Positions 1 to 9,930 of a stretch of 64,000 bases of DNA are shown here, one piece after another (position 1 is the stretch's first letter; every line of letters begins with the position of its first letter). The DNA is from a virus (Duplodnaviria > Caudoviricetes). The notes beneath the pieces are model-generated. The model searched no databases. It saw only the letters and a program-made list of their open reading frames with translations, and was not told where the DNA came from. Location: the IMG/VR virus record IMGVR_UViG_3300031867_000046, positions 1,255-65,254 of that record; one strand, given 5' to 3'. The translations under genes were made by a program, and so were the position numbers.

Positions 1-298
1 TAGATGTAGCATACCCTGTATAGCTTTCAGGTGTGTCAGCTGCATATAGTGTTATGCTTCCAACTTTATTGTATAATCCTAGAACGTCTATATCTGTTAC
101 CCATGAATGTGGTGCAGCTTCGCGTGTATCATACAGAGTACCTGTTGATATGTCTCGTCTTATCTGTATAGCTTGTAAGTCGTCTGTATAAAATGTAAGA
201 ATCTCTGGCTTTGTTAATGTGTAGCCATACTGATGAGCTTCTTCATAAGTCACCCATCTATTTAGTGATTCTATATAGTATAGTCTTTCATTTTCCAT
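1..298 (-). CDS. Tail-fibre-associated protein, runs off the window edge (paralog of 6664-7485)
   Basis: Own translation from ATG at 298: MENERLYYIESLNRWVTYEEAHQYGYTLTKPEILTFYTDDL...LYNKVGSITLY. Shares the Tyr/Trp module and the KVGSIxL motif with neighbouring tail genes. Confidence 0.6.
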   Translation of the reverse strand, partial: MENERLYYIESLNRWVTYEEAHQYGYTLTKPEILTFYTDDLQAIQIRRDISTGTLYDTREAAPHSWVTDIDVLGLYNKVGSITLYAADTPESYTGYATS

Positions 299-331
299 AG
301 TCGCACCTTTACGTAGGTGTATGTATGATTT

Positions 332-358
332 TAGGGATTAGAAATTTTCTAATCCCTA
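332..358 (-). terminator. Intrinsic terminator-like hairpin
   Basis: tagggattagaa-att-ttctaatcccta, 12-bp perfect inverted repeat just downstream of 372-764. Confidence 0.7.
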
Positions 359-371
359 TTTGTTTGATATA

Positions 372-764
372 CTATAATGGAAACTTAGGAAACTCCACTG
401 ATAAAGGAAAGTTTTCCTGTTTAGTTATATCACGCAACGCTTGTCTGTAGTCGCGTATCAAAGTACGGTTATCATCTGATATTGGGTAGTCAGGTAACAT
501 ATATTTATCAGACTGTGATAAAAGTCTATCTCGTTTATTGCGTATCTCTTCAGCAAGATTTTCTTCACTTATCTTTGGTTCTTGATAATCTTCTATCTCA
601 AAAGCTTTTGCATTATACAGATCTATGATCTCGTTATAAATAGGTGCTTGATCGTCTGAGTCTAACACTACGCCGTATGGCATATTGTTATAAGTATCTG
701 AAGAAATCCATGCCGTGAAACATGTATGCTCTTTATCTTCCCATTGTGCTCTTTCTACTATCAT
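372..764 (-). CDS. Phage tail (fibre) assembly chaperone
   Basis: C-terminal EEIRNKRDRLLSQSDKYMLPDYP...YRQALRDITKQENFP..VEFPKFP is the typical Phage_tail_APC pattern; lies directly downstream of a tail fibre. Confidence 0.88.
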   Translation of the reverse strand: MIVERAQWEDKEHTCFTAWISSDTYNNMPYGVVLDSDDQAPIYNEIIDLYNAKAFEIEDYQEPKISEENLAEEIRNKRDRLLSQSDKYMLPDYPISDDNRTLIRDYRQALRDITKQENFPLSVEFPKFPL

Positions 765-765
765 A

Positions 766-3700
766 CTAAGCTATCCTTATTGCTAAAGCTACAAACATGT
801 TGCCTGAGCTAATGTTACCTATTTTATGAAGTACACGCCAAGTTCCTGAATATGCTGAATTTTTTAATGTAGTTTCAGCATTTATACGCAAATTGCAGCC
901 TGTATCATTGTTTTCAGTGCGTAAGTCTACAGGGCGTAAAAGTGATCCTGATATGTAAATATCTGTTGTCTTTTTAGTCCAATTGGCTGTAGTCTTAAAT
1001 GCGACTAGTCTAATCATTCCTACATCGTCTGAGTTGGATATAGTTCCTGCGACTGCAGCGGCTATTGACCTCGTGTATTTTGTTGCGAAATTATTATTGT
1101 TCTTAAGTAAAAGATTAGACGTAGGAACAGATACTGTTGACGATGTGGTGCCGCCTGCTGCAGTGTCATATACAGTAATAGATAATGGGTTTGTGGAAGT
1201 TGATATATCAGCTATATACGTTGTAAATATGGCGCTTCCTTTTGAGTCTTGTACTGCTTTACCAGCCTCTTCTGCGTATGACGCTGTGCCAGTCATATAA
1301 TCTATATAGGCTTCTGTAACTGTTGAAGTAGAAGACCCTATGCTTGTTGCAGATAAATTTGTAAAGTATCCGTTTGTGACTCTATTATTTGTTGCACCTA
1401 TAGTCGTTGCTGATATATAGTCTATATAAGCATTACTTATTGATGAGCCTGATGCTGATCCTAAGTTTGTTGCGTAAACATTTGTGGAGTACGTGTTTGT
1501 AACGTAATATGATGAAGCACCTAAGTTTGTAGCGTAAACAGTCGCTACTTTGTATGAAGAGCTACCTATATAGTTCGCGTAAACGTAGCCCCACTTATAT
1601 GATGAGCTACCAAGGTTTACATAAGCTGAAGTAGAGTAGTTTACAACTGGACGGAATGATCTGTTTGTTGCTGATGAGTATGAGTAAGTTGCAACGCTAT
1701 TTGTGGAAGTTGAGCCTACATATTGAGCGTAAGTACAGTTATCGACTGTGCCATGTATGTTTGTTATATAAGCGTCAGTAATGTATGCGTCAGTTACGTA
1801 AGTATTAGAATCACCTATGCGTGTAGGATATAAGCTGCTTATGTAGGCATACCCTATTTCACCGCCAATTTCACCTAAATTTGTAGCTGATATAGTATCA
1901 CTATAAAGATAATCTATGTATCCGCTATCTATAGTATCTGTGCTTGTGCCTATTTGATGTGTAAATAAGGTTCCCCATTTATACGTTGCCCTACCTAAAT
2001 CTACGTAGGCAGATGATGAGTAGTTCACGCTTGGGCGAAATGCTCTATCTGTAGCGGAAGAATATGAATAAGTTGCTATTGAATTATTAGACGGACCTAC
2101 GTTTGCGCTATACGATGTCGTTTGACAGCCGTAACAGTAATAGTGGAATCCAATCCACATAAAGTAATCATTTATAGCGTCATATATAATCCCGATCGTG
2201 CCGCCTGGACGCCACGCTATATATGCTTGTGGGCCTATATGATTTGACCCAAACGAGTTAAGATACTTTACAGGTGTAAGATCTGTATCCTCAGGGCCAT
2301 ATTTTATCTGCACTGTTGGGTTTGATACACTGTTCGTGTTTGCGAAGCTTACAAATATAAGTGCGCCGTCTTCTAATACAAAGTTAGGACATTCTATTAT
2401 CTTATTTACTACTTTCGCAGCAGTTGAGCATCTTCCGTAATTTACTGTTACGTTTCCACCGCGAAAGTGATTTGCATAAATGCTTTCCCATTTATTTGAA
2501 GTTGATCCTAAATTATATGCACTGTCAGGCACAAGATTACCTGATAACTCTAACGTATTATTTTCAGAAGTGCTTGCTTGTAACGATGATGCTGTATTTG
2601 TAGTATCACTACCGTCGCAAAATGTAAGTTGCCCGCTAACGATGTTTACATTATTATTGCTTGCGTTTGATTGGCCATCTGATGAAAAATACAAAGCATT
2701 CCCATCAGAGATATATTTATCTGCAACTATTGATTGCTCTGTGTTTAGTGTAACGTATAAGTTGCTTGCATATTCAGAAGTTACTTCTCTTATTCCTATG
2801 CTGGCTATATATTTGTATATAGGATGATGTACATCAAGCGTAAGCACAGATGTACTATACATAGAACCAAGATACACATAATAGTAGCCATCGTCGCTAT
2901 TAGGAAGTGACTGCGACCACCAATCTACGTTCTGATCAAAGTAAAATTTATTAGTCGTGCTGTTATACTTTACTTTTAAATATAGCGGCTGTGAAGCTGT
3001 CAATGATGTCGCGTTTACTGATCGAGAAGCAGTTACATCATTTGCACGATAAATCGTTAAATTTGATGTAGCATTTCCTGATGTAACGTTTATATTGTTA
3101 CTGTAGTATAAAATAGAGTCAAGATAAAACTCATCTTGTGTAGGTGATTTATCTGCAGCCGTTGAACTTGATGTACAGACAGATGTGTATGTATTTTCAC
3201 CTGTTCGTAAAATAAGGCTATATGCAAAAATTCCATTTGTAGATGCATAAACTGAGTTGTTTAGACGTAGTCTATCATAGTAGTTCGTGTCAGTTGGTGC
3301 GTATGAGACGTTTGCAAACCAGCCCGCTGCGATTGTGGTAGAGCCGATGACTACATTTTCCATGTAAGTCATCTGTATAATTGAGCCAGTTGGAAATTGA
3401 TTAGTACACCTTGATGAGGTTCTATAATATACAGGAATAGCTGATGTTGTAGTGCCATTTGCAAGTGTAAGAGTTAGTTGCGCGTATGATGAAGACACAC
3501 CTGCAAAAGGCAAAAAGTAGTTTATAACTAACCCGTCGTAAAGAGCACTTGCTCCTATGTTGCCTGTCCACGCATAAGTTGATGAAGACTGTGTGCCCTT
3601 AACAAAGTAATGTGCGTCTTTGACAGTCTGTGCAGCTAATGCGTCTGTCTGTGTTTTGCTATATACTGAGTAATCATCATCTGACTGTATTCCAGGGTTC

Positions 3701-4131
3701 TCTATATGTAGTAAGCCATCTGTATTATGTGAAGCAGTTGAATAACCCGCTTGTATTGAAGAAAATAAAAATCCATTTGTGAAGGCTGAAAAGTCAAGTG
3801 AAAGATATAAACTTAAAATATCAGTGTTCTTTTGTAGAATAGGTGCTGATTGTGAGTAGCCACCTAATATGCGCTTATTTGAGTCTACTACTTTGTAAAA
3901 TAGGATTGTCTTTGCTTGATATTCAGAACTTGATAAGTCACGTATGAAAACGTTACCTACATTATTTTTTAAGTTGCCGCATGCCTCTTCGTCAAGCTGT
4001 ACTGTATATCCTGATAGTGATGTGACTGATGAAATGTCAGCTATATAATCATATAATAATACTATGCCATCTATAATAACTAGGCTCGATATTTGTGATT
4101 GTCCGTAATCAGTTAGTGTAACTGTAAACAT
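766..4131 (-). CDS. Long tail fibre / receptor-binding protein
   Basis: Ser/Thr/Tyr/Asn-rich with internal repeats, N-terminal MFTVTLTDYG (start at 4131, GAGG SD), followed by a fibre chaperone. Confidence 0.8.
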   Translation of the reverse strand: MFTVTLTDYGQSQISSLVIIDGIVLLYDYIADISSVTSLSGYTVQLDEEACGNLKNNVGNVFIRDLSSSEYQAKTILFYKVVDSNKRILGGYSQSAPILQKNTDILSLYLSLDFSAFTNGFLFSSIQAGYSTASHNTDGLLHIENPGIQSDDDYSVYSKTQTDALAAQTVKDAHYFVKGTQSSSTYAWTGNIGASALYDGLVINYFLPFAGVSSSYAQLTLTLANGTTTSAIPVYYRTSSRCTNQFPTGSIIQMTYMENVVIGSTTIAAGWFANVSYAPTDTNYYDRLRLNNSVYASTNGIFAYSLILRTGENTYTSVCTSSSTAADKSPTQDEFYLDSILYYSNNINVTSGNATSNLTIYRANDVTASRSVNATSLTASQPLYLKVKYNSTTNKFYFDQNVDWWSQSLPNSDDGYYYVYLGSMYSTSVLTLDVHHPIYKYIASIGIREVTSEYASNLYVTLNTEQSIVADKYISDGNALYFSSDGQSNASNNNVNIVSGQLTFCDGSDTTNTASSLQASTSENNTLELSGNLVPDSAYNLGSTSNKWESIYANHFRGGNVTVNYGRCSTAAKVVNKIIECPNFVLEDGALIFVSFANTNSVSNPTVQIKYGPEDTDLTPVKYLNSFGSNHIGPQAYIAWRPGGTIGIIYDAINDYFMWIGFHYYCYGCQTTSYSANVGPSNNSIATYSYSSATDRAFRPSVNYSSSAYVDLGRATYKWGTLFTHQIGTSTDTIDSGYIDYLYSDTISATNLGEIGGEIGYAYISSLYPTRIGDSNTYVTDAYITDAYITNIHGTVDNCTYAQYVGSTSTNSVATYSYSSATNRSFRPVVNYSTSAYVNLGSSSYKWGYVYANYIGSSSYKVATVYATNLGASSYYVTNTYSTNVYATNLGSASGSSISNAYIDYISATTIGATNNRVTNGYFTNLSATSIGSSTSTVTEAYIDYMTGTASYAEEAGKAVQDSKGSAIFTTYIADISTSTNPLSITVYDTAAGGTTSSTVSVPTSNLLLKNNNNFATKYTRSIAAAVAGTISNSDDVGMIRLVAFKTTANWTKKTTDIYISGSLLRPVDLRTENNDTGCNLRINAETTLKNSAYSGTWRVLHKIGNISSGNMFVALAIRIA

Positions 4132-4219
4132 GCCGTTACCTCTATAAAATAATAGGTGAGATATTGATTTTAAAATTCGATATCTCACCTAAACGTTTAT
4201 TTGCTATATGTGATTAAGA

Positions 4220-6643
4220 TTATGAAAATACAGCGTCAACTTTTTGTGCCATAACAAGACATGGTTCTGTAGCTGTTCGCTTCATGGCAACAGAAAGCAA
4301 CTTCCATTTTCCTGATAATGTTGTAGACGCTTGCACTGACTTATATGAGATTTGACCTGACGTTGGAAGTGATATGCCTGCTGGTTTTAGATAAGCACCA
4401 TTTACAAACTCACCATATAGCTTTTGAGCGCCTATGCCCGTGCTTGAGTCGATCTCTGTATATATGAAAAGTCCAATTGAGCCAACTGCATTTACGTCAG
4501 ACGCATGAGTTAGTATATCTGTAGAAGCGTCAGATATAGCAGATTTTACAGACGATACTGTTGGGATTTCACTTGTTGCTGTTGACCAAGATGAAGATGA
4601 GTATGTATCGTAAACGCCCGTGCCTGTATATGAAGTGGCAGATACACCTGCGAATGTATTTGTAGTACCTGTAAAAGTGTTACTTGCGTCTAATTGAGCA
4701 AAGTTTGTGGTAGAAGGAACTAGGCTCTTAACATAATCCACTGTCGTTAGACGACCGTCTGTAACTGAAGAAGGTGGAGTAGGTGTTATAGCAGAATAGT
4801 TTGCTACTGCGTTTCCTGATACATTATTGTTTGACTCTATCTTTAATTTTAAGTCACCACCTATCTCAAGTGTTACGTGTTTAGAATACTGCTGATAAAC
4901 GTCTCTATAAAACTTCAAAGAAACATTTACAGTCCCAGACGATGAATTGCTTAACTCAGTATATGTATTATTAGACAATAATGCAAATTTGCTAACAGTA
5001 CTGTCTATAAATGGTGACGTTCCTATTAATTGATTTTGAATATACAGATTATCTATCTGACAATATCCTTGTGATGAGCTTCTTATAATAAGATTTGATG
5101 AAATAGTCTGAACGTCAGAAGAATTTAATTTAACATACCCACTACCTAATGAGGATAATGAGTTATAGACAGCTAAAGTAGAAGGCACGTTTGTGGTAGA
5201 AGATGTGGATGCTATTGTTTGGTCTAATCCTGACTTTGAAACAAATAGAGTATCTGATTCTGATTTAGTATATGAATCACTGCCATACTCACCGATGTAT
5301 TCCCAATAATACCCTGCTTTATTATAAGCAGCTATATCACGCGGATCAGGATATGGCGAAGACCCTTCTGTTAAAGAATAAACAGTTGATACTGTTGTTG
5401 TGCCTTGAGTTCCATCAGGAAGAGTACCATCGTGAAGAACTTGTACTTTATCGTTTTCGTCTATATACTGTGCATCAAGAGTTGCTAAATCAGATTTTGT
5501 GTCTACTATATCAGCTAAGTTCTGCCCTGCGTTAATAGCATCTATTTGAGATTGCAGTCCAGAATCCGCTGTTTGATAAGCTGTCGTAATATCTGAAGAT
5601 AAAGAAGTTAATGCTGAGTCTACTACTTCAACAGTAGGAAGTTTAGAATAATTAGCTGAATCATTCCAATTTGCAGTAGCCGATTGTACACCGTCCCCTG
5701 TATATGATGTGGAAACAACTCCGTCTGCAAAGGTTTTCGCGCCTGAGATAGATTCTGCGCCTGTAAGATGTACAAATACAGAGTTAAGATCAGAAACTTT
5801 TGACTCTACATACGATCTTACTGCGTGTGAAGTTACTAACTTCTGTGCAGCTGCAGTTTCTGTTGTAGCAACGTCTACAGAGTTTGAATATAACGCGGCT
5901 ATATAAGTTCCGTTTAAGACTTTCTCTGTATCTGTGATAGCACCTGATACGATTGTAGGTGAAGAAGCAACGGCTGTGCCTACGATATAGCCATCTACAC
6001 TTAAATGTGATACATCGCTTGATGCTGTTCCTGTGATAGAAAGAGTTACAAGTTGTTGATCAGATGTGCTTGAGTAATCATCTACGATTGAGATATTGTC
6101 AAAATGCGCCGATCCAGGTATAGATTCTTCTGTTGAGCTGTTTACATCCCATGGGACGTATTGATCTGTGCCACGTATGTAAGTTTCTATAACTGTCTTT
6201 GTGTCAGCAGCAGAGTACACTGTTGTGTTCTCGTGAAGCTCGTTCTCTAATTTTGCTAATCTTATAACGCCTTGTCTAAAGTTTGTTGCATAAGGCACGC
6301 CTATAACAGTGTTTGCAAATATGCACTTATATGCACCGTCAAATTGACAAGTAAGACGCATGTTTATAGGTTTATCTGCAGGCTTTATAATGTTTACAGG
6401 CTCTGACTCTGCGATAATCGCACTACCTGATTTTAGTTTAATCTGATCTACAGTGTAAGCAGTATTGCGGCTATCCATGAAGCTTATAACTACATAGTCA
6501 CCTACACCGCTTTCGTCTCTTACTGAGTTGCCTGAAAATTCAGATATAGTTGCAACGGGTAACTCTTCACTATAAAATACAACAGCGTCAATTAGAATTG
6601 GTGGTGCATCTAATGCGCCTTCACGCACTGTAAACGTTATCAT
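4220..6643 (-). CDS. Tail fibre-like structural protein
   Basis: 807 aa, Ser/Thr-rich, fibre-like motifs (FVHLTGAESISGAKTF, FAQLDASNTFTG), C-terminal domain shared with neighbours. Confidence 0.7.
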   Translation of the reverse strand: MITFTVREGALDAPPILIDAVVFYSEELPVATISEFSGNSVRDESGVGDYVVISFMDSRNTAYTVDQIKLKSGSAIIAESEPVNIIKPADKPINMRLTCQFDGAYKCIFANTVIGVPYATNFRQGVIRLAKLENELHENTTVYSAADTKTVIETYIRGTDQYVPWDVNSSTEESIPGSAHFDNISIVDDYSSTSDQQLVTLSITGTASSDVSHLSVDGYIVGTAVASSPTIVSGAITDTEKVLNGTYIAALYSNSVDVATTETAAAQKLVTSHAVRSYVESKVSDLNSVFVHLTGAESISGAKTFADGVVSTSYTGDGVQSATANWNDSANYSKLPTVEVVDSALTSLSSDITTAYQTADSGLQSQIDAINAGQNLADIVDTKSDLATLDAQYIDENDKVQVLHDGTLPDGTQGTTTVSTVYSLTEGSSPYPDPRDIAAYNKAGYYWEYIGEYGSDSYTKSESDTLFVSKSGLDQTIASTSSTTNVPSTLAVYNSLSSLGSGYVKLNSSDVQTISSNLIIRSSSQGYCQIDNLYIQNQLIGTSPFIDSTVSKFALLSNNTYTELSNSSSGTVNVSLKFYRDVYQQYSKHVTLEIGGDLKLKIESNNNVSGNAVANYSAITPTPPSSVTDGRLTTVDYVKSLVPSTTNFAQLDASNTFTGTTNTFAGVSATSYTGTGVYDTYSSSSWSTATSEIPTVSSVKSAISDASTDILTHASDVNAVGSIGLFIYTEIDSSTGIGAQKLYGEFVNGAYLKPAGISLPTSGQISYKSVQASTTLSGKWKLLSVAMKRTATEPCLVMAQKVDAVFS

Positions 6644-6663
6644 AGTATATATTCTCCAAATTA

Positions 6664-7485
6664 TTATAAGTCATACTGGATTATCTCTACAAAGTTAGAA
6701 GTGCCTGATGTGTTGTTCGTTGCTGCAGAAGATAATGAACCTGTGTAATTATCGTTTGAAACTTTTGTTGCAAGTATAACACATGGATCTGACACTGATG
6801 ATCTTTTAACAGGCGTTAGAATACGCCACGTTCCTGTTACTGCACTGTTTGGCGTAGACGTTGTATAATGTAGCTCACCTGATGTTGGAAGGTTTACACT
6901 AACAGGCTTTAGATAAACACCGTTTGTAAGTGCGCCGTACTGTACATTTTCTGCGTTTCGCATAAACAAGAATAATGCAACTGCGCCAACTTTATCTATA
7001 CTGTCTATGTCAAATGGATCGTCGCGATAGTCAGGTGCTTCGTCATACCAATGAGCTGTGTCTGTATCCCAATACTGATTTACATCTGCATTATACCAGC
7101 AACGGATAACTCCATTCTTAACGTAGTATACAGTAGATGAAGTCCATGTGATACCTTTTGTATTATGGAGATACTCAAAAGAGCTAAGGTGACTTTCATA
7201 TAACAATAAGTTTGACTCTCTACGTGAGTACACGTCTAATGAAAGTGGCTGATCTATAAAGTATACTGACGTTTGTATGTCTGTCTTTTTATAATATGGT
7301 AAGTCGCTATACGAGTACCATCTATTATCTGAAATTATCCAGGTGCTTTCGTTATATTCCCACCCGTCAAATGGTGTAAGATCAGTATCGTATAATGTAA
7401 CTAAATTAGGCGGTTCTAATGTTATTCCAAACTGCTGATATAGCTCTTCATAAGTATACCAGCCATCATTATAATAATATTTCAT
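6664..7485 (-). CDS. Tail-fibre-associated protein with shared C-terminal domain
   Basis: Likely start MKYYYNDGW at 7485 (GAGGA SD); C-terminal VGAVALF...YLKPVSVNLPTSG...GTWRIL aligns with the end of 4220-6643. Confidence 0.6.
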   Translation of the reverse strand: MKYYYNDGWYTYEELYQQFGITLEPPNLVTLYDTDLTPFDGWEYNESTWIISDNRWYSYSDLPYYKKTDIQTSVYFIDQPLSLDVYSRRESNLLLYESHLSSFEYLHNTKGITWTSSTVYYVKNGVIRCWYNADVNQYWDTDTAHWYDEAPDYRDDPFDIDSIDKVGAVALFLFMRNAENVQYGALTNGVYLKPVSVNLPTSGELHYTTSTPNSAVTGTWRILTPVKRSSVSDPCVILATKVSNDNYTGSLSSAATNNTSGTSNFVEIIQYDL

Positions 7486-7510
7486 ATCTGATTCCTCATA
7501 GATGTATAGC

Positions 7511-9919
7511 TCAATCTTCGTCGTTTTCGTCGTACACAAGAATGAGTTCAGTTTCACCACGATACAAAACTTGAGTGCCGTTTACAAATCTATATCCTAA
7601 ATCAGAGATATATGATTTCTCAACCCATGTGTGACAAATAGTTGGAATGCAGTATTCTTCTGAATAAGAGTCGTAGTAGCAAGGCAATAGTTGAAGTGTA
7701 TCGTCAGGCTTAAATACGAGCAGAGATTCTCGTATAATGCCATAATTTTCGTTAGCATAAAATTCTTCATAGCTTATGAAGCTGTGATCCATGTAGATTC
7801 TGTCATTTGACGAATCATCATAGACTTGCTTTGTAGATTCTAATTCAGAGTCGTACATATATGAGATATATCTGATAGGCTTATCTGATTGCCAAGCATA
7901 AGTATCATATAAGCTGTTCCAGTATAACGAAGTGCTATCGTCGTACCAAACGAGAGGGTTGCCGTGCTCATCAAGAAGTGAGTTTCCAAAATCGTCTTTG
8001 ATGATAATTTCACAAGGGTAAATGGTTATGCCTGCATACTCATAAAGATAGTCTAATGTGATAAAGCCGTGATTTACAGGCGCTAGAAAATCTACAGAGC
8101 CATCATTATATATGTAGTTTGAAATATCAGTTGCAAGTTGAGTGTAAGTTCTAGCAACGTCTATTATAGAAGCTGCTCTATATAGTGTTGTGTCTAACTT
8201 ATACTCATATATAGATGTATCAGTTATTTCTTGAATCCACGATTTAGGTGTGAAGTGTGACGACCAAAATCCGTAGTCTTCGTTATACCGTAAATCGTAA
8301 TCTGACAAAGTGCCATTATCATCTATGTAAGTTGCAAGTGCTGACGATGGTGTTGTTGTGTATCCAAAATTGCTAATATGAATAGGTGTATCACTACCGT
8401 CCCACATTAGCGAATTATCTTCATTATACACAAAAATGCTTATCTCTGTTTGTACATTATAATACTGTGTAAGTGTGTAATCATCAAGCACTATGTCTGT
8501 GTCGTACTGATATATGAAGTCAGTATCTGATAAAATGCTTATGAAATTTGCATTGTCTTTCACGTGTATAGTGCCATTAACTATTGAGTCTTCACTTGAA
8601 AGAATGCCATATAGATTACTCGTGTTATCCATGATACATCTATAATAGACGTATATTGAATTATCCGCTTTATTACGTGCGAAACTCAACAATGAGGGAT
8701 TTACTTTATCAAAGCCTAACGCAATAAGCGTAGGTGTTGGAATGTCATCTGAATGGTGTTTATATGAGTTTTCGTCAAAAGCAACCCATCCAAGATTCCC
8801 TGTATGTACAAAGTAAACGTCTTTCTTATTAGGCGATAAGTATTTATCTGAAGTATACTTGTAAGCTTTTGAAATCTGTATAGTATCATTTACTATGTAT
8901 CTTGTTATAGATGAGCTATTGTCAACGATGCCTTTTTTAGAATCTGCGTCAAGCACTGTGTTGTCAATCGGCTTCCATTGTATATCGTCTAACAAAGTGT
9001 AAGATCCTGGAAGTGAGCCTGTCGATTTAGAATATAGTAATGGGATACTCTGTACAGCGTTATCTTCTAAATATAAGCACGTACATAATACTTCATCTTG
9101 CTTTATAGCAGTTAGCTCATCTGAATTATCGTAGTTCCATATTTTATTAGTTTGTATTCCTTTGTACTTGTAAAACAGTCTGTTATCAGGATCAACAAAG
9201 CACACACGGCTATTATAATGAAATCTAAATGTTACCCATGCAGATTTGACTAAATCAAATTTATCGCCTTCATACCATGTGGAAGGATCAGTATGAAAGA
9301 CTGTGTTATAGTCGTATCCTACGCAAGTGCAGCCATATAAAACTCCTAATGCGTATGAATACATCGCTTTATAGTCTAATGCTTTATAAATTTGACTACA
9401 TTCTAATTTATCGTGGCTTTCACTGATAAGTTGTTTGTTTTGCGAGTCTATGAATTGTATAGTTTCATAGTCGTCTACGCCAAATTTGCCGTATAACTTT
9501 ATTTGATTATCTTTTAAGTGATAGCCTGCAAAGCTAAATATATTTTCTATAAATTGTAAATCTGTTACGTTGTTAGGAGCTGAAACTGTTGAGTCGTAAT
9601 CATGGAAAATTAGTGGCACAATTTTGCCATTACCCGATATCTCATTAAAGAATGCCTTCATTCCATCGCAAGGATATTCTATGTAGTCTAATTTGTAAAT
9701 AAGCGCAGTAGGGTAAAGATAATTTACTATACTATCAAACACACCTAACTCTGTGTACTCGTCAATATGCTTACTAATGTATATAACTGATGGGTCATCA
9801 TTTTCTGATATGATTTTCTCAAGCCCAAGAATAAATAGTAAGGATGGCTCGCATACGCGTGGACGATACAGAGTGCTATCATAATATGTAACAGTGCCTA
9901 GCCTAGATGTGTATTCCAT
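7511..9919 (-). CDS. Putative baseplate/tail structural protein with Tyr/Asp-rich C-terminal repeats
   Basis: 802-aa ORF in the tail module; no catalytic motifs; function inferred from context only. Confidence 0.45.
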   Translation of the reverse strand: MEYTSRLGTVTYYDSTLYRPRVCEPSLLFILGLEKIISENDDPSVIYISKHIDEYTELGVFDSIVNYLYPTALIYKLDYIEYPCDGMKAFFNEISGNGKIVPLIFHDYDSTVSAPNNVTDLQFIENIFSFAGYHLKDNQIKLYGKFGVDDYETIQFIDSQNKQLISESHDKLECSQIYKALDYKAMYSYALGVLYGCTCVGYDYNTVFHTDPSTWYEGDKFDLVKSAWVTFRFHYNSRVCFVDPDNRLFYKYKGIQTNKIWNYDNSDELTAIKQDEVLCTCLYLEDNAVQSIPLLYSKSTGSLPGSYTLLDDIQWKPIDNTVLDADSKKGIVDNSSSITRYIVNDTIQISKAYKYTSDKYLSPNKKDVYFVHTGNLGWVAFDENSYKHHSDDIPTPTLIALGFDKVNPSLLSFARNKADNSIYVYYRCIMDNTSNLYGILSSEDSIVNGTIHVKDNANFISILSDTDFIYQYDTDIVLDDYTLTQYYNVQTEISIFVYNEDNSLMWDGSDTPIHISNFGYTTTPSSALATYIDDNGTLSDYDLRYNEDYGFWSSHFTPKSWIQEITDTSIYEYKLDTTLYRAASIIDVARTYTQLATDISNYIYNDGSVDFLAPVNHGFITLDYLYEYAGITIYPCEIIIKDDFGNSLLDEHGNPLVWYDDSTSLYWNSLYDTYAWQSDKPIRYISYMYDSELESTKQVYDDSSNDRIYMDHSFISYEEFYANENYGIIRESLLVFKPDDTLQLLPCYYDSYSEEYCIPTICHTWVEKSYISDLGYRFVNGTQVLYRGETELILVYDENDED

Positions 9920-9930
9920 AGCGTGATTCC

